This document shows, in pieces, positions 32,989 through 43,506 of a DNA stretch of 64,000 bases. The notes beneath the pieces are model-generated. The model was not told where the DNA came from and searched no databases. It was given only the letters and a program-made list of their open reading frames with translations. The DNA comes from an uncultured Actinomycetota bacterium (GTDB taxonomy: Bacteria; Actinomycetota; Actinomycetes; JAHEKZ01): assembly GCA_963829525.1 (NCBI GenBank), contig CAWHIJ010000003.1, positions 192,001 through 256,000 of the forward strand, written 5' to 3'. Positions within the stretch are counted from its first letter, which is position 1; each line of letters starts with the position of its first letter. The translations under genes were made by a program, and so were the position numbers.

Positions 32989-33790
32989 CTGCGCTCCTCC
33001 GCGATCGAGTTGCCGCCGTCAACGACGATTGCCTGGCCAGTGACGTATGCGGCGCCTGGTGTGGACAGCCAGACCACGGCACTGGCGATCTCATCTGCTG
33101 TGGCCGAACGCCCCACTGGGGTGCTCAGTCCCTGCTGGTACTCGTCAGCGGTCTGCGACGCGGTCGCTATCCAGCCGGGACAAACGGCATTGACCGTGAT
33201 ACCCGAGCGCGCAACCTCGACGGCGAGCGACCTGGTCATCCCCACCATCCCGGCTTTGGCGGCGCCGTAGTCGGTGTTGCCCACCATGGCCATGACCGGC
33301 CCAGTGATCGAGGCGACATTGACCACCCGCCCGTAGCCAGCAGCCAAGCATGGGCTGGAGGGCAGCCCGCGTCACGAAGAACGCGGTGTCGAGGTTGCGG
33401 CTGATTCCAGCCCGCCATGCCTCATCGGACATCGCGGCCGCCTCGGTATGCCCTTCGGTGGGGTCGGCGACGCTCGTCATGCCCGCGTTGTTCACCACGA
33501 TGTCGAGCTGACCGAACCGGCTGCAGCGATGACTCGACAACCATGGTCGGCCTGGCTGCTGTCGGTGAGATCGGCCGGTACGCCGAACGCCTCGACGCCG
33601 GCCTCCCGAAGCTGATTGACGCGATCCTCGATGCGCGACGTGGTCGAGGTGATCATGACCCTTGCACCCGCTGGCGCCGAGAAGCCGCGCACTCGCGAAC
33701 CCGATGCCGGTGTCGCTGCCCGCCCCGGTGACCAGGGCAACCTGCCCGGTCAGGTCGAAGGCACCCGCCGACGTCTGCGGACTGAGCCAT
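32985..33790 (-). CDS. SDR oxidoreductase (FabG-like), about five frameshifts
   Basis: Reconstructed VALVTGAGSDTGIG, VVNNAG, YGAAKAG, NAVCPGWI; 806 nt minus 5 = 267 codons; TGATG and ATGA coupling at both ends. Confidence 0.8.
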
Positions 33791-35152
33791 CAGGCGTAGA
33801 GCTCGTTGATCGCCTTGGTGAAGACCTCGGTGTGCAGGTCGACGTCAGCCTCGCTGGTGGACGGGCACATCAGTGCCATGTTGTGGAACGGCGTCATCAG
33901 CACCCCACGGTTGAGCGTGTAGAGGTGCATGTACTCATCGAGGTCATCGTCACCGGCCTCGTTCGACTCAGTGCCGTTGACCGGTGCCGGACGTGCGAAG
34001 CGGTACTCAGCGCGCGCACCGAGCTGGCTGATGCTCCAGGGCACATCGACCGTGTCGAGGACGTTCTGAACTCCTTCGGTGAAGCGGGTGGCCAGCGCGA
34101 TCATCTCTGCGAAGGCCTCATCGGTGAGCACCTCGCCGAGGGTCGCCTTTGCTGCTGCCATCGACAGCGCGTTTCCGGCGAGCGTTCCACCGACACCGCC
34201 GACGTCAATGAGGTCGGCCTCTTCGTGGGAGTTGATCTCATCAGCAAGCCGCTGGGTGATGCCGTAGGTGCCGATGGGAATTCCGCCGGCAATCGACTTG
34301 CCCGATGACCAGGATGTCTGGGTCGAGTCCTTCGGCTTTCGTCATACCACCGGGACCAGCACTGAAGGTGTGTGTCTCGTCGATCAGCAGTAGCGCTCCG
34401 TGCTTCGAGCACAGGGCGCGAAGGCCCTCGAGGAAGCCCGGCTCGGGCAGCACGATGCCAATGTTGGTGAGCGCCGGCTCGGTGATGACAACAGCGACGT
34501 CGCCGTGCGCGAGGGCACGTTCGACCGACGACAAGTCGTTGAACTCGGCCACACGAGTTGTCTCCGCTGGATGAACCGCGGGCCCGGCGTTGCCGGGGCG
34601 AGGCTGAGTGCTGCCGTCGGCACCCATGACGACGACGGTCTCGTCGACACTGCCGTGATAGCAGTAGGAGAAGGCCAGCACCTTGCTCTTACCGGTGGCC
34701 AGACGGGCGAGGCGCAGCGCCCAACGGTTCGCATCCGTCGCGGTCAGGGAGAACGACCACAGCGGCAAGCCGAATCGGCGGGTGAGCTCTCCCCCGACCC
34801 ACGCCGCGTCCTCACTGGGCAGCATGGTGGTGAACCCACCCTTGGGCCCGATCCGCTCATTGATCGCCCGCACCGTGGCGTCCGGTGAGTGCCCGGCCAT
34901 GGCGCCGGTGTCGCCCAGGGCGAAGTCGACGTAGGTGTGCCCGTCGATGTCGCTGATCCGATTGCCGTGTGCGGCGTCGAGGTACAGCGGGAAGCCACCC
35001 GACCACTTCGTCATCCACGTCATCGGCACCCCGCCGAAGAGGCTCCGCTGGGCAGCCTCGAACGCGGCACGGCTCTTCGGGTGGTTTTCGGCGTAGGTGG
35101 CGCGCTCTCGCTCGATGAGACTCGTCAGTCTGGCGCGATCGACTGTGGACAT
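33790..35152 (-). CDS. Class III aminotransferase (GSA-aminomutase-like), one frameshift near 34302
   Basis: DIDGHTYVDF, CYHGSVDE, LIDETHT, reconstructed GKSIAGG, GGTLAGNALS. Confidence 0.88.
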
Positions 35153-35316
35153 GAGAACCTCACAGGGGATGATTTACGATGGGGAACTCCGACCATACTA
35201 TTGATTCGATTGCCAAACAAGGCTGGATCTTCCGGATCGATTGTCTCATGAGAGTTCTGCGGAGGAAAGGCGCGGCGGCTTGCTGCTGATCATCACCCCT
35301 GTCACCATCACTGCTC

Positions 35317-35838
35317 GTGTCGAGCGTCAGCGTGATCTTCGTCTGTATGGGAAACATCTGTCGATCCCCGATGGCCGCGTCCGTGTTGCGCTCAGAGCTT
35401 GAGAAGACCAGCCTCACCCAGGTTCAGGTCAGCAGCGCAGGTACCGGCGGTTGGCACGTCGGAGACCCCGCCGACCGCCGCGCTCAGGCGGCGCTCGCCA
35501 GGCGCGGGTATCGGACCGAGCACCAAGCACAGCAGTTCAACCCCGGATGGTTTGACGAGTTCGACCTGGTCGTTGCAATGGATCGCGACAACCTTCGAGA
35601 CCTCCAGCGTCTTGCCCCGAGTCGGCCCCGCACTGAAACCCTGCGACTCATGCTCGAGTTCGACCCGGAAGCTGAGTTCCTGGACGTCCCAGATCCGTAC
35701 TACGGGTCTGCCGGAGACTTCGACCAAGTGCTTGACCTCCTCGAACCGGCCTGCCGCGGACTTGTCACGCACCTGCAGACGACATACCGAGGCGATGACG
35801 AACGTGGCTCATCGCGCCTCGTTTCCCGAGATCGGTGA
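35317..35838 (+). CDS. ptpA: Low-molecular-weight protein-tyrosine phosphatase
   Basis: VCMGNICRSPMA P-loop; DVPDPYYG. Confidence 0.9.
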   Translation: MSSVSVIFVCMGNICRSPMAASVLRSELEKTSLTQVQVSSAGTGGWHVGDPADRRAQAALARRGYRTEHQAQQFNPGWFDEFDLVVAMDRDNLRDLQRLAPSRPRTETLRLMLEFDPEAEFLDVPDPYYGSAGDFDQVLDLLEPACRGLVTHLQTTYRGDDERGSSRLVSRDR

Positions 35839-35860
35839 TCGGTGCCGATACCGTCAGGCC

Positions 35861-36601
35861 ATGGAGCAACCACCAGCTTTTGAGCCACTCGATGAGAACT
35901 GGGAGCGTGCGCTCGTTCTCGTCGCGCACCCCGATGACATGGAGTACGGAGGTGCCTCCGCCATCGCCCATTTCACAAGTCAGGGCAAACGGGTCGTGTA
36001 CACCCTGCTCACCAGTGGTGAGGCGGGCATCGACAGCCTTGCTCCAGAAGAGTGCGCGCCGGTGCGCGAGGCCGAGCAGCGCGCAGCTTGCGCCGCCGTG
36101 GGAGTGGAAGTTGTCGAGTTCTTGAACTTCCCCGATGGGGCACTCGAGTACGGCTTGCCGCTCCGTCATGCAATCACAGCAGCCATCCGCCGTCACCGGC
36201 CGGAGATCATCATCACCACCAACTTCCGTGAGACGTACGGTGGCGTGATGCTCAACCAAGCCGACCACATTGCCGGCGGTCGCGCGGCTCTCGACGCCGC
36301 ACGCGATGCCGGTAACCGGTGGGTCTTCCGCGACCTGCTCGCAGCCGGACTCGAGCCGTGGGCCGGGGTGCGACAGGTGTGGGCGGTCGGATCACCGGAC
36401 GCACGCCACGCTGTCGAGGTCACCGACCACTTCGCCGCCGGACTTGCCTCCCTGCACGAGCACCGCGCCTACCTCGCCGGGCTCGGCCCCGAGGCACCCG
36501 ATCCCTCCGAGATGCTCGAGGGGATGGCACGCCAAGCCGGTACCCAGCTTGGGGTGCCGATGGCCGTGTCGATGGAGGTCTTCCACTTGATGCTGCTCTG
36601 A
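35861..36601 (+). CDS. PIG-L family deacetylase
   Basis: VAHPDDMEYG, TSGEAG, NQADH. Confidence 0.88.
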   Translation: MEQPPAFEPLDENWERALVLVAHPDDMEYGGASAIAHFTSQGKRVVYTLLTSGEAGIDSLAPEECAPVREAEQRAACAAVGVEVVEFLNFPDGALEYGLPLRHAITAAIRRHRPEIIITTNFRETYGGVMLNQADHIAGGRAALDAARDAGNRWVFRDLLAAGLEPWAGVRQVWAVGSPDARHAVEVTDHFAAGLASLHEHRAYLAGLGPEAPDPSEMLEGMARQAGTQLGVPMAVSMEVFHLMLL

Positions 36602-36622
36602 ACTGCGGCGATCGTGTTGTCG

Positions 36623-37426
36623 CTACGCGGCGATGACAAGCAGAGCAACGTCGACAACGGCAGCCACCATCACCACGGTGAAGGCGGGCCGATCGATGCG
36701 TCCACGCACCACAAATGATGAGCCGGCGATGACGGGAAGCGCCACAAGTACGCCGCCCAGGGCTAGTCCCCATCCGCTCAATCCGCCCTGGGTCAACAGC
36801 ACTCCGCCCGCGCACCCCAAGATGACGAGTGCAACGACGAGTGAACCTCGAGCACCGATCCGCTGAGGCAGCCCAAGCACACCGAGCTCGCGATCCTGCG
36901 CGACATCAGGGGCCGCATTCGCGAAGTGGGCCGCCACTCCAAGCATCCCGCCTGCAACCGGCAACCACCACTGCACCTTCTGTTCGGCCACCGCCGTCAC
37001 GTAGATGGGTAGTGCTCCAAAACCCAAGGCATAGGGAAGCGGCGACCAGCGGGACCTCTTGACGCCGAGGTTGTAGGCCCAGCCGGAAACAACAAGGAGT
37101 AGATGCCATGCACCGCTCCACCCGACGATGAGCGACAACGGCACCGACACCCCACCGGCGCAGAAAGAGGCGAGCCGCAAGGTCGCCGGTGTGACCGCGC
37201 CCGTCGAGGTCGGTTTGTCCGAACGCTCAGCAGCCAGGTCCCGGGCCGCATCCAGCCAGTCGTTCGACCAACCGATGGAGAGCTGTCCGACGAGTACCGT
37301 CACCCCCACAAGTACCAGAAGAGTGGGGGAGAGCTGCACCGAGACGCCCAACAGGAGCGCGATCGAGGTGACTGCGACCGTTGGGCCGGGATGGCAGGCA
37401 CGGACGAACGCGCCCAGGGTTCTCAT
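36623..37426 (-). CDS. UbiA family prenyltransferase
   Basis: ACHPGPT, GWSNDWLDAARD..RSDKP, HFANAAPDVAQD. Confidence 0.85.
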   Translation of the reverse strand: MRTLGAFVRACHPGPTVAVTSIALLLGVSVQLSPTLLVLVGVTVLVGQLSIGWSNDWLDAARDLAAERSDKPTSTGAVTPATLRLASFCAGGVSVPLSLIVGWSGAWHLLLVVSGWAYNLGVKRSRWSPLPYALGFGALPIYVTAVAEQKVQWWLPVAGGMLGVAAHFANAAPDVAQDRELGVLGLPQRIGARGSLVVALVILGCAGGVLLTQGGLSGWGLALGGVLVALPVIAGSSFVVRGRIDRPAFTVVMVAAVVDVALLVIAA

Positions 37427-37447
37427 CGGTGAGAACCTCCAGGTGGC

Positions 37448-38722
37448 TCAGGTCGGCAGGTGGCCAAGGAACCAGTCTGCAGCAGCGTCGGCCACCGACT
37501 CGAGTGCCCCAGGCTCGGTAAAGAGGTGGGTGGCTCCGGGAACCACGAACAGGTCAGCAGGGCAGTCCAACAGAGCAAGCGCTCGGTGGTTGAGCTCCAG
37601 AACTGTCGTGTCGGCGCCCCCGACGATGAGCAAGGTGGGCGCCGACACCTGGGGAACAATCGGGAGGGCGAGGTCGGGGCGGCCCCCGCGCGAGACAACG
37701 GCTGAGACGGCATCCCCCAGTGTGGCGGCCGCCGCAAGCGCAGCAGCCGCTCCTGTGCTGGCTCCGAAGAAGCCCAACGGCAACGACAGGAGCCCTGGCT
37801 GTTGCTGTAGCCAACGGGTCAGTTCAAGCAGCCGGCCGGTGAGGAACTCGATGTCGAACACCAGGTCGCGATCGCCGTCCTCGGCCTCGGTGAGCAGGTC
37901 AACAAGGGCCGTTGCGAGCCCGACCTCGGTAAGCCGCTCCGCCACGAGCCGGTTCCGGACGCTGCGGTGGCTGCTGCCACTTCCGTGAGCGAAGACGACC
38001 AGGCCCCTGGCATGCGGCGGGACCGAGATGACGCCGGCCAACGACCCTGCTCCGACGGGAACCGCGACGCTCCGCGTCGAGATCGCCGGCGCCGCGTCGG
38101 CGAGACACTTCCGCACCTCATCGTCGGTCGTGGGCCGGAAGTCCTGGTAGTGCGCCCCAACCGCCAGGAAGCCAGACGGTGTCTCGACAGCGATGCACTC
38201 GTCAGCGACGTCGCGAAGGGGGCGCGTCCAGCCCAGAGGCGCCACCGGCACCGCGAGCACAACCCGGCGAGCACCATGCTCTGATGCAATCTGACACGCG
38301 GCCCGTGCCGTGGCCCCGGTGGCGACCCCGTCGTCGACGACAAGCGCCGTGCAGTCAACCAAGGGCTCGCGCGGGCGCACTGCCCGGTACCCAGCGGCTC
38401 GTCGCTCAACCTCACTCCACTCCCGCGCAGAGAGCGCCTCAAGGTCACTTGGGTCGATCAATGCCTGCCGGACAAGGTCATCGTTCAACACACGGATGTG
38501 GTCTTCGCCGACTGCTCCCAGCGCGAGCTCGGGCTGACGGGGACTGCCGAGCTTTCGTACGACGATCACATCCAGGGGAGCGCGAAGCTCGCGCGCGACC
38601 TCAGCGGCCACGGGCACGCCCCCGCGGGGAATACCCAGCACGACGACGTTGCCCTCACTACGAAGTCCGAGGACCTTTTGCGCGAGGCGCCGGCCCGCAT
38701 CCAATCGGTCGTTGAACACCAA
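37448..38722 (-). CDS. Phosphoribosyltransferase fused to dienelactone-hydrolase-like domain (Rv0571c-like)
   Basis: GIPRGGVPV, VVDDGVATGAT PRPP motif; FAHGSGSS, GASTG, HLFTEPG. Confidence 0.88.
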   Translation of the reverse strand: MVFNDRLDAGRRLAQKVLGLRSEGNVVVLGIPRGGVPVAAEVARELRAPLDVIVVRKLGSPRQPELALGAVGEDHIRVLNDDLVRQALIDPSDLEALSAREWSEVERRAAGYRAVRPREPLVDCTALVVDDGVATGATARAACQIASEHGARRVVLAVPVAPLGWTRPLRDVADECIAVETPSGFLAVGAHYQDFRPTTDDEVRKCLADAAPAISTRSVAVPVGAGSLAGVISVPPHARGLVVFAHGSGSSHRSVRNRLVAERLTEVGLATALVDLLTEAEDGDRDLVFDIEFLTGRLLELTRWLQQQPGLLSLPLGFFGASTGAAAALAAAATLGDAVSAVVSRGGRPDLALPIVPQVSAPTLLIVGGADTTVLELNHRALALLDCPADLFVVPGATHLFTEPGALESVADAAADWFLGHLPT

Positions 38723-38767
38723 GCACCTCCCTCAGGTCGAGCCTCCCTCAGATCGGTTCAACCGCCC

Positions 38768-38796
38768 AGGGCCGGAGGTCACGCTCCGGAGGTCAC
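38768..38796 (-). promoter_or_regulatory. Tandem DosR-like boxes
   Basis: Minus strand GTGACCTCCGGAGC-GTGACCTCCGGCCCT, 14-bp period. Confidence 0.5.
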
Positions 38797-40040
38797 GCCA
38801 GGGAGATCAGGACGTCGCCACGGTCAGGATCTGCCGACCTGAACATCGACCAAGGCAGCCGGAACACCCGTCCCGGCGACACTGGCCAAGGAATTCGCCG
38901 GCGAGCAATGACCGCCCCGGCCTGTCGAACTTCGACCACCGGGCTTGCGCGATACTCCGTTGCCCAGAGCAACATCCGCGAGCGCGATGGGGCAATAGCC
39001 GTAGAGGCGATCACACCTGGGCTTACCCAGGTGAATGGCTCAGCAACGGTGACTCCGATCCCTTGCGGCCGAGGTCGGGCGGTCTCCAGATAGTTGGCTA
39101 CGTGCGCAGCCACATGTCGCCCATCGAGCGCCGCGACGTCTGCGGTGTCAACGGGGTGCAGCAGGTTCCCAGCGGCAAAGATTCCTGCAGCGCTGGTACG
39201 CAGGGCCGTGTCAACGACGGGGCCCCGATGGCCAGCGTCGATCTCAAGACCCCGTAGTCGGGCTAGCTCATGGTCGGGAATCCAGTCACCGGTGAAGACC
39301 ACGACGTCGCACGGAACGATGCGGCGAAGCCCGGTGACCAGGTTCTTCACCTCGACGGCACGCAAACGATCGTGGCCGATGATTCGAGTCACTGCGGTTT
39401 GAGTAGCGACCGAAACCGAGAGTGCAGCACGCCCTGGGACGGTGAAAGCGGCGTACGACTCAGGGCGCGCATGCTGCGTCGTCATCAGGGTGGTGCGACA
39501 TCCGGCGTGCCTGAGGGTGAGAACCGCTGACCAGCTCACCAGCTCGGCGCCGACGACCACCGCGCTCCCTCCGAGTCGACGCCCCTGTGCGTATACCAGG
39601 TTCTGCAACTGGCCCGTGGTGAGAACACCCGGGGGCCGGTCCCCAGGAATCATTCGGGCTGCACGGGGGCGCTCCCTCGCACCCGTTGACAAGACGATCG
39701 CCTTCGCCTGCACCCGGTAGCGTCCGTCGGGGCTGGTCACCCAGAGAGTGCGGTCGCCGTCCCACCCCGTCACCATCGACTGAGTCCGCACATCCGCCCC
39801 GATCTGGACGGCATGGTCTGCGAGTCGTCTGGCGTAGCTGGGACCGGTCATCATCCGCCGGAGATCCCGTAGGCCGTAGCCCGTGTGGGCGCTGTGTCTC
39901 GGGATGCCCCCCGCGTCAGCCTCACGCTCAAGCACGACGACAGAAGGCACGCCGCTCTTACGCAGCTCGCCAGCAGCGGTGAGTCCGGCCGGCCCTGCAC
40001 CGACAACGACGACGTCCGCCTGTTCGTCGGAGCGGCTCAT
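38793..40040 (-). CDS. FAD/NAD(P)-dependent oxidoreductase (pyridine nucleotide-disulfide family)
   Basis: VVGAGPAG, STGARERPR, GIFAAGNLLHP. Confidence 0.85.
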   Translation of the reverse strand: MSRSDEQADVVVVGAGPAGLTAAGELRKSGVPSVVVLEREADAGGIPRHSAHTGYGLRDLRRMMTGPSYARRLADHAVQIGADVRTQSMVTGWDGDRTLWVTSPDGRYRVQAKAIVLSTGARERPRAARMIPGDRPPGVLTTGQLQNLVYAQGRRLGGSAVVVGAELVSWSAVLTLRHAGCRTTLMTTQHARPESYAAFTVPGRAALSVSVATQTAVTRIIGHDRLRAVEVKNLVTGLRRIVPCDVVVFTGDWIPDHELARLRGLEIDAGHRGPVVDTALRTSAAGIFAAGNLLHPVDTADVAALDGRHVAAHVANYLETARPRPQGIGVTVAEPFTWVSPGVIASTAIAPSRSRMLLWATEYRASPVVEVRQAGAVIARRRIPWPVSPGRVFRLPWSMFRSADPDRGDVLISLA

Positions 40041-41416
40041 CGGTTGGCACCGCGCAACACTCCGTCGATCTCAGCACCGCAGTAGAACCCCTGGCAGCGC
40101 CCCATGGTCGCGCGGGTTCGGCGTCGCAACCCGTCAAGGTCGGACGGAGGTAGTGGACCGGCGAACGAGTCCCGGATCTCTCCCAGAGTGACCCGCTCAC
40201 AGAAGCAGACGATGCTGCCGTACGCGGGGTCGCTCTTGATGGCCTCCGCTGACGCAAAAGGCCGTGACGTCTGCTCGCCAATGGACGGCATGCGTGGCGC
40301 AGCAGGAAGACCGTTTCGTCTCTTCGTCGCGACGCCGGCCTCCTGCAGGAGCTTCGTGGCATGCTCGGCCAGCGCCATCGACGCGGTGAGCCCCGTTGAG
40401 CGGATGCCGCCGAGCACCAAGTATCGATTGACGCTGTCGATGTCGACGACGTAGTCAGGGTGCTCGGTGGCTGCGCGCAGTCCCGCGTAGCTAGCGGTCA
40501 CCTCTTCGTCGAGCAGCCTCGGCATAAGCCGGCGCCCCTTCTCGAGCAGGTAGGCAAAGCCACCCTCAGATGTCGAGGTGTCGCCACGATCCGAGCGGTC
40601 TTCCGACGTTGGGCCGAGCATGACGTTGCCGTAGATGGTGGGGCTCACGAGTACGCCTTTGCCCTTGAGCGTCGGAACCGGAAGAACGATGGTGTCGACC
40701 AGCTGTCTCGCGAGCTTGTCGAAGACCAGCAGCTCACCTCGACGCGGCACGATGGTGAAACGGTCGTAGCCGAACAACCGATCGATGATGTCGCTACCAA
40801 GTCCGGCAGCATTGACCACCCAGCGGCACTGCAGGTCTCCCTGAGTCGTTGAAAGGGTCGTCACCGATTCACCGACGTTCACGTTGAGGAGGTCATGCCG
40901 GAGAAGTACTGACGCCCCACGTGCCAGGGCATCGGTTGCAAGCCCAAGCGTCGTCGTCCAGGGGCAGATGATGGACTCATCGGGAACCGTCATCCCCCCG
41001 AGGGCGCCGGCTCCCAGCGCGGGAACCATTGCGTAGACAGCGTCAGCGGTGATGAGCTCGCAGCTCTGGTACCCATTGGTGGTCGCCTTGTCCCGGAGTC
41101 CCGGCAAAGCACCAAGCTCTTCGTCACTCCAGGCAACGAGTACCGCACCGGTACGTTCGACCGGAATGCCGACCTCCGCGGCGTAGCCGGTGAGCAGCTG
41201 GTAACCGCGCGGAACGAGTTTGGCCTCCAGCGTCCCCGGCGGTGCGTCGAACCCGGTGTGCAGGATTGCGGTGTTTGCCTTGCTCGTTCCGTCACCGACA
41301 TCATCTTTGGCTTCAAGGAGCGCCACTGACAACTGACTGCCCGACAGCTCGCGGGCAGCGGCGCAGCCGACGACGCCACCGCCGATGACCACGACATCAA
41401 ACACCTCGTTCGTCAC
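40037..41416 (-). CDS. FAD-dependent oxidoreductase with BFD-like [2Fe-2S] domain (GlpA/LhgO-like)
   Basis: IGGGVVG, TSKANTAILHTG, IVCFCERV..TRATMGRCQGFYC; GTGA overlap with the kinase. Confidence 0.85.
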   Translation of the reverse strand: MTNEVFDVVVIGGGVVGCAAARELSGSQLSVALLEAKDDVGDGTSKANTAILHTGFDAPPGTLEAKLVPRGYQLLTGYAAEVGIPVERTGAVLVAWSDEELGALPGLRDKATTNGYQSCELITADAVYAMVPALGAGALGGMTVPDESIICPWTTTLGLATDALARGASVLLRHDLLNVNVGESVTTLSTTQGDLQCRWVVNAAGLGSDIIDRLFGYDRFTIVPRRGELLVFDKLARQLVDTIVLPVPTLKGKGVLVSPTIYGNVMLGPTSEDRSDRGDTSTSEGGFAYLLEKGRRLMPRLLDEEVTASYAGLRAATEHPDYVVDIDSVNRYLVLGGIRSTGLTASMALAEHATKLLQEAGVATKRRNGLPAAPRMPSIGEQTSRPFASAEAIKSDPAYGSIVCFCERVTLGEIRDSFAGPLPPSDLDGLRRRTRATMGRCQGFYCGAEIDGVLRGANR

Positions 41417-42834
41417 GCGGAGTCCTCCGCGATACGGTCGGCGTCGGCGCGCCACTTGGCCATGAAGTCCGCCGCACGATGGGCCGACCACCGTGGCTCG
41501 TAGACGGTGGCCGGTGCCCAAGGTCCCAGGGCTTCAGCCAGCGTTGCCGTTGGAGCAAGGGCGACCCTGGCCAATGCGGCTGCACCGAGCGCCGTCGCGT
41601 GAGCCGACGGATACACCTCGATAGGCAGCTGCAAGATGTCAGCCTGTGCCTGCATCAGCGCCGTTGAATGGGTCAAACCACCATCGACTCGAAGGGTCTT
41701 GGGGGATTCTCCGGTGTCGTCGTCAATCACGGCGACCAACACAGCGATCGTCGCCGCTATCCCCTCGACCACTGCGCGCACAAGTTGCCCGCGTGAAGAG
41801 GCCAGACTCAGGCCGGTGAAAGCGCCGCGCGCCTCCGAACGCCACCACGGCGCGGCAAGTCCGGCCAGGGCAGGAACGAACCTGACATCGCCGCTGGCGG
41901 AGGCCGCCTCAGCATCCAGCGAGCGGACGTCATCGAGTAGGCCGATCTCGACCATCCACTGCACGGCGGAAGCCGCCGTGAAGGCCTGGCCGTCGAGGCA
42001 GTACTGCGTGCCGTGCCGAGTGCGCCAGGCCACTGATGACGTCAACCCATGCCGGGATCGAGTTGCTACATCCCCCGTGTTCGAGAGCAGGAAGGCTCCG
42101 GTGCCATACGTGCACTTGGTGCTGCCCGGCTGCAGGCAGGCTTCAGCGAGCAACGCAGCCTGCTGGTCGACGACGAGCCCGGCGAGCGGGATCTGCGCGC
42201 CGAACGCGGAAGTGGCTCCGACCACCTCGTCATTGGCGACCAGTCGAGGCAGTGGCTCGTCCACGAGACCGAACAGCGTCAGCAGGTCGCCGTCCCAGGT
42301 GACAGCGTCAAGGTCGAGCACGAGTGAGCGGCTTGCTGTTGCGACGTCTGTGACGAATTCTCCCGTGAGCTGATGCACCAACCACGAGTCGCTGGTGGTG
42401 ACGACCCCGTCAGTGGTGTGGTGACGGCGCAGCCAGGCCGCCTTGGGTGCAGAGAAGTAGGGGTCGAGCACCAGCCCGGTGCGTGCTCGGACAAGGTCTG
42501 CATGGCCGCGCAGCTCGTCACAGATCGACTGCGCGCGACTGTCCTGCCACACGATGGCGGGCGAGAGCGGGCGCCCCGAGTCACGATCCCAGGCCAAGAC
42601 GGTCTCGCCCTGGTTCGCCAGGGCCACGGCTTCAACCTTGCCGCCGGCCGCTTCCAGCGCCTGGTGCCCGGCCGTGACAACGGAGTCGAGCAGCTCTTGG
42701 GGATCTTGCTCAACTGCCCCGGGCTCGGGGTGCGATGGATGGACGGCGACCTCGGCGAGACTGATCACGGCACCCTGATCGACGACGATCGCCTTCGTCC
42801 CGGACGTCCCTTGGTCGATCGCCAGGATTCTCAC
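41413..42834 (-). CDS. FGGY carbohydrate kinase (glycerol kinase-like)
   Basis: AIDQGTSGTK, ANQGET, VWQDSR, KCTYGTGAFL, RVDGG. Confidence 0.88.
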   Translation of the reverse strand: MRILAIDQGTSGTKAIVVDQGAVISLAEVAVHPSHPEPGAVEQDPQELLDSVVTAGHQALEAAGGKVEAVALANQGETVLAWDRDSGRPLSPAIVWQDSRAQSICDELRGHADLVRARTGLVLDPYFSAPKAAWLRRHHTTDGVVTTSDSWLVHQLTGEFVTDVATASRSLVLDLDAVTWDGDLLTLFGLVDEPLPRLVANDEVVGATSAFGAQIPLAGLVVDQQAALLAEACLQPGSTKCTYGTGAFLLSNTGDVATRSRHGLTSSVAWRTRHGTQYCLDGQAFTAASAVQWMVEIGLLDDVRSLDAEAASASGDVRFVPALAGLAAPWWRSEARGAFTGLSLASSRGQLVRAVVEGIAATIAVLVAVIDDDTGESPKTLRVDGGLTHSTALMQAQADILQLPIEVYPSAHATALGAAALARVALAPTATLAEALGPWAPATVYEPRWSAHRAADFMAKWRADADRIAEDSA

Positions 42835-42879
42835 GTAAGCATTCTGTCCACACTCCTGCCCCGTCTCTAGTGTGGAGGC

Positions 42880-43506
42880 ATGTCCTTTGACATCGCGCCT
42901 GCCACTGAAGACCGCTTCGACGACCTACGACAGCTGTTGGCGCCCAAGAACCCGGACGCGCCGGCATGCTGGTGTCTTTCGTATCGCTTCAGCAGCGGGG
43001 ATCCGCAGATGAAGACGGGACGGGGAAGAGAGAGCCTGCTCCGCGAATTGTGCGCCGGTCCAATACCTCCCGGTGTTCTCGCCTACGACGGAGACACCGT
43101 CATTGGGTGGTCATCGGTCAGTCCGCGATCGTCTTACCACCGGCTGGTGCATTCGCGCGTAATTCCGGCGGTTGACGATCAGCCGGTCTGGAGTGTGATC
43201 TGTTTTGTGGTGCGACCCGGTCACCGGCGGAAGGGCGTGGCATCGGCTCTGCTCACCGGAGCCGTCGATTTCGCCAGGGCGAAGGGGGCGGCAATCGTTG
43301 AGGGATACCCGGCCGACAACGGCGGGGCGCGCCTCAGTAGCACCTTCGCATACACCGGCACGAGGTCGCTGTTCGAGAAGGCGGGGTTCAAGAAGGTATC
43401 GGACACCACAAGCAAGACCGGTGGCGTCCCGCGAGTCGTCATGCGTAGGGTCCTGGACGACGGGTGGGTCGAAGAGTCAGCCGTGGGCCATGTCGACGAA
43501 GCGTGA
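42880..43506 (+). CDS. GNAT family acetyltransferase
   Basis: CWC motif, ICFVVRPGHRRKGVASALL, VEGYP. Confidence 0.85.
   Translation: MSFDIAPATEDRFDDLRQLLAPKNPDAPACWCLSYRFSSGDPQMKTGRGRESLLRELCAGPIPPGVLAYDGDTVIGWSSVSPRSSYHRLVHSRVIPAVDDQPVWSVICFVVRPGHRRKGVASALLTGAVDFARAKGAAIVEGYPADNGGARLSSTFAYTGTRSLFEKAGFKKVSDTTSKTGGVPRVVMRRVLDDGWVEESAVGHVDEA

Noticed and set aside
38736-38760. Second ECF promoter (TGAACCGATC shared with 10848-10857)
   Set aside because: The spacer to CGAC is 15 rather than 17 nt, so it may be chance
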